DNA of 64,000 bases. Origin: Pseudomonadota bacterium. GTDB lineage: Bacteria; Pseudomonadota; Gammaproteobacteria; Ga0077536. The notes beneath the pieces are model-generated. The model had not been told where the DNA came from and did not search any database. It worked only from the letters and a program-made list of their open reading frames with translations. Position numbers and translations under genes: made by a program. Shown here piece by piece: positions 1 to 9,118 of this stretch. Location: the NCBI GenBank assembly GCA_036158955.1, contig JAYYFI010000014.1, positions 3,837 through 67,836 of the forward strand, given 5' to 3'. How positions within the stretch are numbered: position 1 is the first letter of the stretch; each line of letters begins with the position of its first letter.

Positions 1-43
1 CTAGTTATGAGTGTCGTCTCGAGTATTCGATGGAAATTAAGAG

Positions 44-81
44 TAAAAAATATGCCATAAATCACAATGTTTTGGCATATT
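44..81 (-). terminator. terminator-like hairpin (orphan, target unknown)
   Basis: Inverted repeat AATATGCCA (49-57) / TGGCATATT (73-81) with a 15-nt loop. Read on the minus strand, the stem runs into a T6 tract (plus-strand A run 45-50). No minus-strand gene lies immediately upstream of it in the window. Confidence 0.35.
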
Positions 82-162
82 CCAGAACTCCTTCAAATAA
101 AAGCCAGAGCCAAGATGTCTCAGAACTAATGTCCCAATGTCTTAGAAAGATCGCATCAAAAC

Positions 163-840
163 TTGAAATTAAACTCCTTGAGCTCACTAGTGAAGTATAA
201 TTTCTTCCTCACTTTAATCCTTGTGATATTCATCACTTCTTGTACAAGACAACATCCTTCTCAAGGCTCATCCTTCGATAACAGAAATAATATTTTCCCC
301 ACTGTAGCTATCGTTAAAAAAAATGACAAAGGACTTTTTCAAGATAAAGAAGATTTTTTTATAACATGTTTAACAAAAGAACTGCGGGAGAAAAATTATA
401 ATATTATTAGTGATAAAGAATTCAGAGATCGCGCCTTCCCTTTTTTTGAGCCCGATGAAGCCACAATGAACGTCGAGCCGTCGATAGATATCCTACAGGA
501 GAAACTATTTCAGCAAAAAATAAAAACCTTAGGAGTCGATTATATAATATGGGTTTCTGGCCAGACCGATTATGCAGATAAAGTTGGGGCCGTGTCATGC
601 GCCCTAGGCTTACAGGGTGGAGGATGTTATGGGTATGCCAGTCAAAATGATGAATCAAAAATCCAATCTGAAATATGGCACGTGCCTAGAAAAAAATTAT
701 TAGGCTATAATACGGCTACTGCAAAGGGAAAATACCAGCTATTTGCTTTTGTTATTCCGATCCCAATCCCTTCTGATTCGCGTCAAAAGAGCTGTAAAAA
801 AATATCACACTCAATTGTTTTAAAATTATTAGAGAATTAA
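163..840 (+). CDS. putative lipoprotein, unknown function
   Basis: 225-codon ORF with a TTG start. N-terminal hydrophobic stretch FFLTLILVIFITS is followed by Cys (lipobox-like ITSC). No catalytic motif recognised. Confidence 0.5.
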   Translation: MKLNSLSSLVKYNFFLTLILVIFITSCTRQHPSQGSSFDNRNNIFPTVAIVKKNDKGLFQDKEDFFITCLTKELREKNYNIISDKEFRDRAFPFFEPDEATMNVEPSIDILQEKLFQQKIKTLGVDYIIWVSGQTDYADKVGAVSCALGLQGGGCYGYASQNDESKIQSEIWHVPRKKLLGYNTATAKGKYQLFAFVIPIPIPSDSRQKSCKKISHSIVLKLLEN

Positions 841-845
841 CTCAG

Positions 846-861
846 ATAATATTAATATTAT
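846..861. repeat. perfect 16-nt AT-only palindrome at a convergent gene junction
   Basis: ATAATATTAATATTAT is its own reverse complement. It fills the 17-bp gap between the plus-strand stop (838-840) and the minus-strand stop (858-860). All A-T with no loop, so at best a weak pause/termination element. Confidence 0.3.
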
Positions 862-2462
862 TTTATTCGAATATTTCTTTCAATTATGACCTCAATTAAA
901 CGTGGTCCTTTTTGTTTCATTGCGTTGTAGAACTGTTCACGAAATTCTTTCACGTTCGTAGATCGTGAAGCTTCCACCCCCAACCCTTTTGATATTTCAA
1001 CCCAGTCAATCATGGGGTTATCTATATTGAGCATTGAAAGAGTTTTGTCATTTCTCGGCCCTGTTTTGAGCCTGTCTAATTCTATGTTTAAAATTGCATA
1101 ACTGCTATTGTTCAATAATATAACGGTAATATCTGTGTTTTCTCGAGCCATACTCCACAGAGTCTGAACCGTATACATGGCACTACCATCTGCTTGAAAC
1201 GTTATTACTTTTCTATCGGGACAAGCAATTGCTGCTCCAAATCCCAAAGGAAGACCTTGCCCAATCGACCCTCCCGTTAAACAGAGCCAATCGTGAGGTG
1301 CTGCTGTTTCTGTCTGAGCGTATAGCATTGCACTGCAAGTTATGCCCTCATCAGAAATAATAGAATTTTCTGGTAACAGCTCAGAGATGATCTGCGAGAC
1401 ACTGGTTTCATCAAGTGTAATACTCGTGATTCTATCACCATGACTAAATACTACTTTAGGCCTGCTTTTTAAAGATAAGTCCTCATAAAGGTCCTGCAAA
1501 GCTTGTTCTACATCTTCATCTTTTGAAGCAACTGTGATAATTGAACATGCGGGTGGGGATAATTTGCTAGGAATATCAGGATAAGCGAAAAAACCAACAG
1601 GTTCTTTAGCTCCAACTAAAAATATCTGCTCATAGCTAGCAAGAAAATCAATTGCCAACTCAGCAAAATAAGGGATTCTTTTTATTTTTACTTCACCCGC
1701 ACCTCTGTATACTCTAGGGAAGAATGTTTCACACAACAAATCAGCTCCCGTTGCCTTCGCGATTGCACTCGCATATTCAATGGATTTTCGGGAGAGTCCT
1801 CGATTTCCAAGTAACAAGGCTCTTTTTTTATTTAATCTTAAAGACTTTGCGGTATTCTTTAGAATAGAATCATCGACTGGCAACATGCCAACTGTCGAAG
1901 ACAATGATTGTTTTTGCTCTCCACCAACTTCCCACGAATGGTTGGCCGGAACTATGATAGAAGCGATTTTCCCCCATCCACTTTTAGCTTCTATACATGA
2001 AAGCGTTCCTAATTGCCCAAGATTAGTGGGATTGATTGATTTATTAAACCAATCAGAGTGTAATTTAACGTGTCCTTCTAAATCTGAGGTAAGGGGAGCA
2101 TCAAACTCAAGGTGCCATTCGGCATGATCTCCTACTATATTTACCAAACCAGAAAAAGCTTTTTTCGCATTGTGTAAATTTGCCATACCGTTTGCATAAC
2201 CAGGACCGAGGTGAAGTAATGTTGCCGCTGGATAGCGCTTCATGCGCCAAAAGCCATCTGCTGCTGCTGTCACTACCCCTTCAAACAAACAGAGAATTGG
2301 CCGCATTAAAGAAGATTTGCCAATTGCCGTAACTAAATGCATTTCTGATGTTCCTGGATTCGCAAAACATGTGTCAATGCCCTCTTTCTCCAAACTCCGC
2401 AGTAAAAGGTCTGCGCCAGTTCCAGTGTATTGCGATTTTTTTTTATCATTCATCAACAACAA
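858..2462 (-). CDS. thiamine-diphosphate-dependent enzyme, acetolactate-synthase-like family (substrate unknown)
   Basis: N-terminal ThDP pyrimidine-binding region GIDTCFANPGTSEMHLV (catalytic Glu). C-terminal diphosphate-binding motif GSIGQGLPLGFGAAIA...ADGSAMY...ILLNNSSY. Start is TTG at 2462 or ATG at 2453; the latter overlaps the upstream stop as ATGAATGA. Confidence 0.8.
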   Translation of the reverse strand: MLLMNDKKKSQYTGTGADLLLRSLEKEGIDTCFANPGTSEMHLVTAIGKSSLMRPILCLFEGVVTAAADGFWRMKRYPAATLLHLGPGYANGMANLHNAKKAFSGLVNIVGDHAEWHLEFDAPLTSDLEGHVKLHSDWFNKSINPTNLGQLGTLSCIEAKSGWGKIASIIVPANHSWEVGGEQKQSLSSTVGMLPVDDSILKNTAKSLRLNKKRALLLGNRGLSRKSIEYASAIAKATGADLLCETFFPRVYRGAGEVKIKRIPYFAELAIDFLASYEQIFLVGAKEPVGFFAYPDIPSKLSPPACSIITVASKDEDVEQALQDLYEDLSLKSRPKVVFSHGDRITSITLDETSVSQIISELLPENSIISDEGITCSAMLYAQTETAAPHDWLCLTGGSIGQGLPLGFGAAIACPDRKVITFQADGSAMYTVQTLWSMARENTDITVILLNNSSYAILNIELDRLKTGPRNDKTLSMLNIDNPMIDWVEISKGLGVEASRSTNVKEFREQFYNAMKQKGPRLIEVIIERNIRIK

Positions 2463-3102
2463 ACCTCAGGGTGCTTTTTTTCTTCTCTTTCAAATGCTTT
2501 ATGTGCTCTTCAACATTAATCAGGCTTGCTAGGTTAACTCCTTTCTTAAGCTTTTCTAAAATAAGTTCTTCTTTTTTTTCAATTTCGAACGCTGTATCAA
2601 TCAGCTCGTCTAATTTATTTGACTCAATAACCACTACTCCATCGCCGTCTCCTACTAAAATATCGCCGTTGGTTACTCGAACCCCTCCACAAAAAACTTC
2701 ATTTTTATTAGCGGGAATAACATTCGTTGAACCTGCAGACGGTCGACTCCCTTTCGCATACACCGGTATTTCAAGAGTTCTAATATAATCTAAATCTCGA
2801 ATTAAACCATCTACTACTATACCTGCTAAACCTTTCCTCTCTGCTTCCGTAGAAAAAAGCCCGCCAAGAACCGCATCATAAGTTGCTGACGCATTAACTA
2901 CCAAAACTTCCCCTTCTTTTGCATCAATGATCCCAGCTAAAACTCCGAGAAAATCATTATGGACTTGAACAACTCTTGCCTGACCAATCATATTCTTATT
3001 CCCACTGAATCGTACGATATCATGACTTAAACATCTAATACTTTTATCAGCATCCGCCAGAGAAGAACTGCTTATTTTTTTTAGTCTTTCATGCTGGTTC
3101 AT
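2446..3102 (-). CDS. RraA-family protein (HMG/CHA aldolase / oxaloacetate decarboxylase-like)
   Basis: 218 aa with RraA-like motifs LAGIVVDGLIRD and GDILVGDGDGVVVI. Confidence 0.75.
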   Translation of the reverse strand: MNQHERLKKISSSSLADADKSIRCLSHDIVRFSGNKNMIGQARVVQVHNDFLGVLAGIIDAKEGEVLVVNASATYDAVLGGLFSTEAERKGLAGIVVDGLIRDLDYIRTLEIPVYAKGSRPSAGSTNVIPANKNEVFCGGVRVTNGDILVGDGDGVVVIESNKLDELIDTAFEIEKKEELILEKLKKGVNLASLINVEEHIKHLKEKKKSTLRFVVDE

Positions 3103-3110
3103 TTTTAGGA

Positions 3111-3890
3111 TTATTCCTTTAAATTTATTAAAATTCTCTTTGCGTCATTAATTAAAAAACTTATGTCGCTGGATAGACAAAAAAATGTAAAGCCAGACGT
3201 TTTTAGTTTTGTAATTCTGTTTTCATTTGATTCAAATATCCCAAGAGGCATACGATTCTCTTTACACGCTTCAATAATTTTATCTAGTGCCGCTTTAAAT
3301 TTTTCACTATCGAATTTATTTGCAATACCCAAACTAATAGAAAGATCATAAGGACCCACAAATACAGCATCAATTCCTTTTACATCTAATATAGATTTAA
3401 TATTTTCAACTCCCTCCGAATCCTCTATTTGCACTACGAGCAAAGAACTTCTTTCAATATTTTCCAAATAGTTATCTAATCCATGGCCAAAGTTATTGCT
3501 ACGAGTCAAACCAATGCCTCTTGTTCCCGAAGGTGGCATTTTAAATGATAAAACCGCTTTTTTCGCATCGATCATATTACTTACCTTAGGAACGATCACT
3601 CCTGCTGCACCGGCATCCATTGCTTTTTTTATATAAATATCTTCATTTTTTGAAACTCTTACCAGACTAGGCTTGTCACTTAATGCTAACAAGATAGAAC
3701 TAAGCTGGTGTTCAGGAATTTCAGTGTGTTCCATATCTATGAAAAACCAATCAAACGACAAGTTAGAAAGTGCTTCCGCCGATGACAAACAATTCAAACT
3801 AATTCGAGTCCCAACCAAATGCTCTAATCTAGTAACTCTTAATTTAAATGCTTCGTTTTTTTTTAAATCTAATTTCATTATCATATTCAT
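3111..3890 (-). CDS. HpcH/HpaI-family class II aldolase
   Basis: Motifs DWFFIDMEHT, LVRVSKNE, VQIEDSEGVENI (metal Glu) and VFVGPYDLS (metal Asp). The start ATG shares ATGA with the thiL stop (3887-3890). Confidence 0.75.
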   Translation of the reverse strand: MNMIMKLDLKKNEAFKLRVTRLEHLVGTRISLNCLSSAEALSNLSFDWFFIDMEHTEIPEHQLSSILLALSDKPSLVRVSKNEDIYIKKAMDAGAAGVIVPKVSNMIDAKKAVLSFKMPPSGTRGIGLTRSNNFGHGLDNYLENIERSSLLVVQIEDSEGVENIKSILDVKGIDAVFVGPYDLSISLGIANKFDSEKFKAALDKIIEACKENRMPLGIFESNENRITKLKTSGFTFFCLSSDISFLINDAKRILINLKE

Positions 3891-4852
3891 GTTATAAAAT
3901 GATCAAAACCTTGTGTAGCATGGTGGTCAAATACTTCACCTGATTCACTCATAACATTGACTCCAAGTCCCTTTTCAACCGTACCGATAATCGTGATAGG
4001 AACATTTGCCGCAATGCCGATCTTATTAACTTCACTCAAATAAGCCCTACTGAACGTAAAAGCAATTTCGTAATCGTCACCTCCGGCTAATGCATTTTCA
4101 GCTGCAGTCTCTTCTGTAACCAGGGCTAGAATCTTTGGATCAATAGGAACGTTCTCTTTAATGAGGCTTATTTTTTTTCTACTTTGGCTCGCTATATGTC
4201 CAATATCAGAGACAAGTCCGTCAGATATATCAATTGCTGAATTTAAATATTTATTCAATTTCTTCGCCAAATCAATTCTCGGTGAAGGCCTATGGTATCT
4301 CTGTAATACATATTTAATATCGGGACTAAGTTCACCCTCACGTCCGAGAAAAGAAAGTGCTGTTTTGGCTCCTCCCAAGAAACCAGTGACAGCGACCAGG
4401 TCATTCTCTTTCGCTCCACTCCTATAAATGGGTTCGGATTCACAAATCCCTATCACCTGAACCCCAATCGACATAGCTCCCTTGACAGTATCCCCTCCAA
4501 CTAAATAACAATCATATTGAACAATACAAGCTTTAATTCCTTTAATAAACTTCTCCATCCAATTCTGTTCAATTGATTGTATTGATAAAGATACGGTAAC
4601 ATATCTAGGAGTAGCGGACATGGCGGCCATATCACTTATGGCAGCCGCTATGGAACGATACCCTAGATCTTCCGGATCGATTCCGGAATAAAAATGCACT
4701 CCTTCAGTCATCGTATCGACACTTACTGCTAGGAGTTTACCTCCAACCGACACGACAGCAGCGTCATCACCAATCCCTTTGTGTACATCCTCTGGATGAC
4801 TCAAACCATGAAAAGGGATAAAAAAATCGTTAATTAATTCTTTTTCTTTCAT
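3887..4852 (-). CDS. thiL: thiamine-monophosphate kinase
   Basis: GIGDDAAVV and DTMTEGVHF N-domain motifs. Sits directly after nusB, as in most Proteobacteria. Confidence 0.85.
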   Translation of the reverse strand: MKEKELINDFFIPFHGLSHPEDVHKGIGDDAAVVSVGGKLLAVSVDTMTEGVHFYSGIDPEDLGYRSIAAAISDMAAMSATPRYVTVSLSIQSIEQNWMEKFIKGIKACIVQYDCYLVGGDTVKGAMSIGVQVIGICESEPIYRSGAKENDLVAVTGFLGGAKTALSFLGREGELSPDIKYVLQRYHRPSPRIDLAKKLNKYLNSAIDISDGLVSDIGHIASQSRKKISLIKENVPIDPKILALVTEETAAENALAGGDDYEIAFTFSRAYLSEVNKIGIAANVPITIIGTVEKGLGVNVMSESGEVFDHHATQGFDHFIT

Positions 4853-4871
4853 AATCTATGCATATTTTGGA

Positions 4872-5312
4872 TTATAACTTTGATTTTATTGAGTCTAAGA
4901 CCCCATTTATAAACTTATAGCCATCTTCGGAGCCAAAATGTTTACTAAGCTCTACACACTCATTAATTGTAACGTGAGGATCAAGAATACCAGATTGAAG
5001 TTCCAGAGCACCAATTAAAATTATACCTTTTTCTACAGGTTGTATTCGCCCCCACGATAAATTACTCGTATTTTCTATTGTTTCCTTTAAGTCCTCAAAT
5101 TTTGAATCAATATTTGTCAGTAAATAAGCGAAATATTCGATATCAATATTTGTATATAATTCGGAATTTTCAAATTCTTCAATAATTTTATCAATTGGTT
5201 GTTTGTTCAGCTGCCATTGATACAAGGCTTGCACGGCCAATCGGCGAGAAAGAACTTTCTTAAAGATAGTGGAAGTCACGTTAAAAAGTTCTAATTTTTT
5301 GAACCATTTCAA
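4872..5312 (-). CDS. nusB: transcription antitermination factor NusB
   Basis: RRLAVQALYQWQL signature. The track start is TTG at 5312, a 32-nt overlap with ribH. GTG at 5279, 1 nt after the ribH stop, would give a more typical 135 aa. Confidence 0.85.
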   Translation of the reverse strand: MKWFKKLELFNVTSTIFKKVLSRRLAVQALYQWQLNKQPIDKIIEEFENSELYTNIDIEYFAYLLTNIDSKFEDLKETIENTSNLSWGRIQPVEKGIILIGALELQSGILDPHVTINECVELSKHFGSEDGYKFINGVLDSIKSKL

Positions 5313-5754
5313 TTGCGGTATAGGCGGCCTCCCCCCCTTTATCTCCTTTATTTGGATCAGCCCTATAAATTGCTTGCTCCATATTCTCCACGGTTAAAAC
5401 GCCAAAGATTATTGGTAGGCCATAGCTTGTTGACAACGAAGACAAGGAGTGTGAACAACTATTTGCAACAATTTCAAAGTGCGCAGTTTCTCCCCTTATA
5501 ATCGCACCCAATGCAATAATCACGTCAGGCTGTCTTCTAAGAATCAAATTTTTTGCTAAAACTGGAAGTTCATACGCGCCAGGCACATCATGTTCATTTA
5601 CGTCTATAAGCTTATCATTAATTTTATTTAAACGATTGAGACAACTATTTTTTAACATTGTTACTATCTCATCGTTATAACGAGACCAAACTATCTCAAC
5701 TTTTATTTTTTGCTGTATATCAGCGATAGTGTGAGTTACTCTACTTGATTCCAT
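5281..5754 (-). CDS. ribH: 6,7-dimethyl-8-ribityllumazine synthase
   Basis: 157 aa with VPGAYELPV and GAIIRGETAHFE motifs, in rib operon context. Confidence 0.9.
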   Translation of the reverse strand: MESSRVTHTIADIQQKIKVEIVWSRYNDEIVTMLKNSCLNRLNKINDKLIDVNEHDVPGAYELPVLAKNLILRRQPDVIIALGAIIRGETAHFEIVANSCSHSLSSLSTSYGLPIIFGVLTVENMEQAIYRADPNKGDKGGEAAYTAIEMVQKIRTF

Positions 5755-6871
5755 TCGATGTTTTTCCTAAATGTATATGTTCTATGACTTCTAAACCAAA
5801 CCCAGATATAGCATGATATTTATGTTTTTGGCCAATAACTTTCATTTTTCTTACACCCAAATCTCTTAGTATTTGACTACCTGTGCCGATTTTTCTCCAA
5901 TCCATAGTTAAATTGTCATCCGATTTTGATTGGCTATCTATTCCGATTTTATCTTCTGACATATCAGACACGGTATCATGCTTACTATAATTTGCTAACA
6001 TGACTAATACTCCGGATTCTTTTTTGGAAATAAATTCAATTACGTTTTCTATGTGACTTCTTGAATTCTTCTCAACAAAGAACATAAGGTCACCCCATCG
6101 ACTTTGGGTTTGAACTCTAACATAAACTGATTTATTCGGGCTTATATTACCTTTTACTAGGGCTAAATGTGTGCCCTCGTTCAGGGAATCTGAAAATGTT
6201 ATCAACTCAAACGGTGTATTCAAAATATCTAATTTTAGAGAACCAAGCCGGGAAATTGTCCGTTCATTTTTCACTCTGAAATGAATTAAGTCCGCTATTG
6301 TACCAATTTTAAGATTAAATTTTTTGGCAATTTTCTCTAGATCAGGTCTTCGGGCCATTGTTCCATCGTCGTTCAAGATCTCGACTATAACGGAGGCTGG
6401 TAATAAACCAGCACACCTAGCAAAGTCGCAGCCAGCTTCTGTGTGGCCTGCTCTGGTTAATACTCCTCCTGGTTGCGCCATTAAAGGAAAAACATGACCA
6501 GGTTGGGTTAAGTCTGAAGGTTTTGCATCTGGTTTAGTCGCGCTATTAATTGTTTTTGCTCGATCCGCGGCTGAAATACCTGTGGTTACACCACTTGAGG
6601 CTTCTATGGAAACAGTAAAATTTGTGGAGTGAGCATCCATCGAACTTTTCACCATCAAAGGGATATTTAGTTGCCGGCACCTCTCTTCCGTTAAGGTTAA
6701 GCAAATTAGGCCTCTACCGTTTTTTGCCATGAAGTTAACATCTTGCGCCGAGCAAAATTCAGCTGCAATTATGAAATCGCCTTCATTCTCGCGATCCTCA
6801 TCGTCCATGACGATGACCATTTTTCCTTGTTTAATATCGCTGATTAATTCTTCAGTTGAATTAAGTTCCAT
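5741..6871 (-). CDS. ribB: 3,4-dihydroxy-2-butanone-4-phosphate synthase with a degenerate C-terminal GTP-cyclohydrolase-II-like domain (RibBX type)
   Basis: The DHBP synthase domain is intact ([22 protein letters not shown]). The C-terminal domain aligns to RibA but has no Cys where the three Zn ligands sit ([22 protein letters not shown]). ATG at 6871, 16 nt after the ribE stop, is preferred over TTG at 6904. Confidence 0.85.
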   Translation of the reverse strand: MELNSTEELISDIKQGKMVIVMDDEDRENEGDFIIAAEFCSAQDVNFMAKNGRGLICLTLTEERCRQLNIPLMVKSSMDAHSTNFTVSIEASSGVTTGISAADRAKTINSATKPDAKPSDLTQPGHVFPLMAQPGGVLTRAGHTEAGCDFARCAGLLPASVIVEILNDDGTMARRPDLEKIAKKFNLKIGTIADLIHFRVKNERTISRLGSLKLDILNTPFELITFSDSLNEGTHLALVKGNISPNKSVYVRVQTQSRWGDLMFFVEKNSRSHIENVIEFISKKESGVLVMLANYSKHDTVSDMSEDKIGIDSQSKSDDNLTMDWRKIGTGSQILRDLGVRKMKVIGQKHKYHAISGFGLEVIEHIHLGKTSNGIK

Positions 6872-6887
6872 AAAAATATTCCCACGA

Positions 6888-7487
6888 CTATTGATTACGA
6901 TCAATTCCTAATTTTTCTATATACCTCGCAATCAAATCAATTTCTAAATTAACTGAATTGGACTCTTCTAAATATCCGAGAGTAGTAACTTCAAGAGTAT
7001 GAGGTATTAATAATAACTCAAAAAAACTATCATAAGTAGCATTCACCGTTAAGCTAACACCATCTATACAGACCGAGCCTTTTTTTGCAATGTATTTCAT
7101 CAGTTCGAGTGGCGGCTGAATTTGAAATAACATATATTCATCCAGGTCTTTTTTTTTGATTACTTTTGCTTTATCGTCCACATGACCAGTCACCAAATGA
7201 CCACCGAATCTATCATCTAGCTTCATTGATTTTTCTAAATTAACAAAACCCCCCTCACTTTTTTCTCCGATTGTGGTCTGGCTAAGGGTTTCGGTAGAGA
7301 CGTCCACAGAAAAGCCATTTATATTTTTACTAACAACGGTCAAACAAGCACCTGAAACAGCAATAGAGTCCCCTATCTTAATGTCGTCTGTGCCAAAATT
7401 AGGGCTGGTAATTTCCAGCTTTACTGAGTTGTTTAGCTCTAATTTTTCAGTTATTTGACCAATACCACTAACAATTCCTGTAAACAA
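6888..7487 (-). CDS. ribE: riboflavin synthase (alpha chain)
   Basis: MFTGIV start and duplicated lumazine-binding repeats (GDSIAVSGACLTV / GSVCIDGVSLTV). Confidence 0.9.
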   Translation of the reverse strand: MFTGIVSGIGQITEKLELNNSVKLEITSPNFGTDDIKIGDSIAVSGACLTVVSKNINGFSVDVSTETLSQTTIGEKSEGGFVNLEKSMKLDDRFGGHLVTGHVDDKAKVIKKKDLDEYMLFQIQPPLELMKYIAKKGSVCIDGVSLTVNATYDSFFELLLIPHTLEVTTLGYLEESNSVNLEIDLIARYIEKLGIDRNQ

Positions 7488-7499
7488 AGTTTTAATCCC

Positions 7500-8600
7500 C
7501 TATAATTTTTTATAAGTGAGACGGACATCTGTGCCAAAAAAAGATGAATCAATTAGTTCAAGTTTTGTTACTCGTTCCAGATATTCCGGAGAACTAACCT
7601 GAATTGCCGAGCGAGCATCTTTCCCCATAATTTTTGGTGCGATGTAAAGCACTAGCTCATCCCAATATGTTGACGATAATATATTTGATGTTAGAAAACT
7701 TCCAGCCTCCACCAACACCTGATTTACATCCATCTTATTTATTCTATGAAAAACGCTACACAGATCGACACGATTATTTTTTGAAGCCAGCACTTCTACC
7801 CCACATCCCATTTTCTCAAAACTTGTTATCAAACTACGATTTTGCGAACACGTAAACAGAGTAGTGTTCCCGCCATCATTAATTATTTTAGCTTTTTTAT
7901 CGATACTGAGGCGGGAATCTAACACAATCCTTCTCGGCTGCCTGCCGTGTATTTCAATCTTTGGATTCCGGACGTTTAAAGATGGATTGTCTTCAAGAAC
8001 AGTCCCCACACCAGTCAATATTACGCAGGATTCGGCCCTCAAAAATTGAACGTCTTCTCTTGATTCCTGGTTGGTAATCCATTTGCTTTCCCCACTCGAC
8101 ATCGCTGAGCAGGCGTCAAGACTCATACCAATTTTAACTTTAACTAATGGTCTGTTGTTTCTAACTTTAAACAAATAATTTTTATAAAATTGCTCCGCAT
8201 ACTTTGTTTCGACGTCTAGTAATACGTCGATTCCTGCTTTCCTGAGACGTTTAGCACCGTCACCTTTTACATTAGAGTTAGGGTCTCTTATTGCAGCAAT
8301 TACTGCTTTCACCCTAGACGCAATCAGTGCCTCCGTGCATGGTCCCGTTCGTCCGTGATGGTTACATGGCTCTAGGGTTACGTAACAATAACTTCCATTT
8401 GCTTTTTCTCCTGCTTTTTTTAAAGCAACGATTTCAGCGTGGTCAGATCCATGTCTCGCATGAAAGCCTCTGGATACGATATTTCCATCCTTAACAATAA
8501 CGCAGCCAACAGAGGGGTTCGGAGCTGCAGAAAAAATTCCTTTCCGCGCCTCCTGAAAAGCAACCTCCATATAACCCTTGTGGATTTCGTCATATATCAA
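7500..8600 (-). CDS. ribD: bifunctional diaminohydroxyphosphoribosylaminopyrimidine deaminase / 5-amino-6-(5-phosphoribosylamino)uracil reductase
   Basis: Deaminase Zn motif HAEIVAL...PCNHHGRTGPC plus a C-terminal reductase domain. 366 aa. Confidence 0.9.
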   Translation of the reverse strand: MIYDEIHKGYMEVAFQEARKGIFSAAPNPSVGCVIVKDGNIVSRGFHARHGSDHAEIVALKKAGEKANGSYCYVTLEPCNHHGRTGPCTEALIASRVKAVIAAIRDPNSNVKGDGAKRLRKAGIDVLLDVETKYAEQFYKNYLFKVRNNRPLVKVKIGMSLDACSAMSSGESKWITNQESREDVQFLRAESCVILTGVGTVLEDNPSLNVRNPKIEIHGRQPRRIVLDSRLSIDKKAKIINDGGNTTLFTCSQNRSLITSFEKMGCGVEVLASKNNRVDLCSVFHRINKMDVNQVLVEAGSFLTSNILSSTYWDELVLYIAPKIMGKDARSAIQVSSPEYLERVTKLELIDSSFFGTDVRLTYKKL

Positions 8601-8612
8601 ATTAGAAAAACC

Positions 8613-9107
8613 TCATCTTTTTAACAATTCGATTTGTGAACTATCCATTTCATTCAGATCGTCCTCTAACATTTTTACCTCGTCTAAAAAAGATTTTACA
8701 TCTTCAAAACTTCGGTAAACTGATGCAAAGCGTACATAAGCAACACGGTCTAATACCCTTAATGAAGCCATAACAAGCCGACCAATTTCTCTAGATTTAA
8801 TTTCCTTCTCTCCCCCTTGTCTAAGTGAAGTTTTTATCTTCTCAATTTGGTCTTCTATTTTACTTGTGTCTATAGATCTTTTTTCTAAGGCTTTTAAGAA
8901 GCTAACTCGCAATTTATCCTCATGGAATGATTCTCTTCTTCCATCATTCTTAACCACCCTCGGAAGAATCAAATGAGCGCTCTCATAGGTTGTGAAACGC
9001 GTATTACATTCCAAGCATTCTCTGCGACGCCGAATCTGGTCGCCACTAGACTGTAATCGAGAATCTACCACTTTGGTGTCTTCAAAAAAGCAAAAAGGAC
9101 AACGCAT
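8613..9107 (-). CDS. nrdR: transcriptional repressor NrdR
   Basis: N-terminal zinc ribbon MRCPFC...CLEC followed by an ATP-cone. Conserved nrdR-ribD adjacency. Confidence 0.9.
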   Translation of the reverse strand: MRCPFCFFEDTKVVDSRLQSSGDQIRRRRECLECNTRFTTYESAHLILPRVVKNDGRRESFHEDKLRVSFLKALEKRSIDTSKIEDQIEKIKTSLRQGGEKEIKSREIGRLVMASLRVLDRVAYVRFASVYRSFEDVKSFLDEVKMLEDDLNEMDSSQIELLKR

Positions 9108-9118
9108 TATCTATTCCA

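Noticed and set aside
1780-2788. 115-, 96- and 146-aa plus-strand ORFs opposite the ThDP enzyme and RraA-like genes
   Set aside because: All are antisense to ORFs with clear family motifs, and their translations are Ser/Phe/Pro-rich low-complexity sequence. There is no independent support.
6872-6887. FMN riboswitch upstream of ribB, or a TPP riboswitch near thiL
   Set aside because: The gaps in the rib-nusB-thiL run are 0-19 bp, far too short for either aptamer. The only long leader region (10409-10624, upstream of glyA) shows none of the GC-rich conserved cores I associate with these riboswitches.
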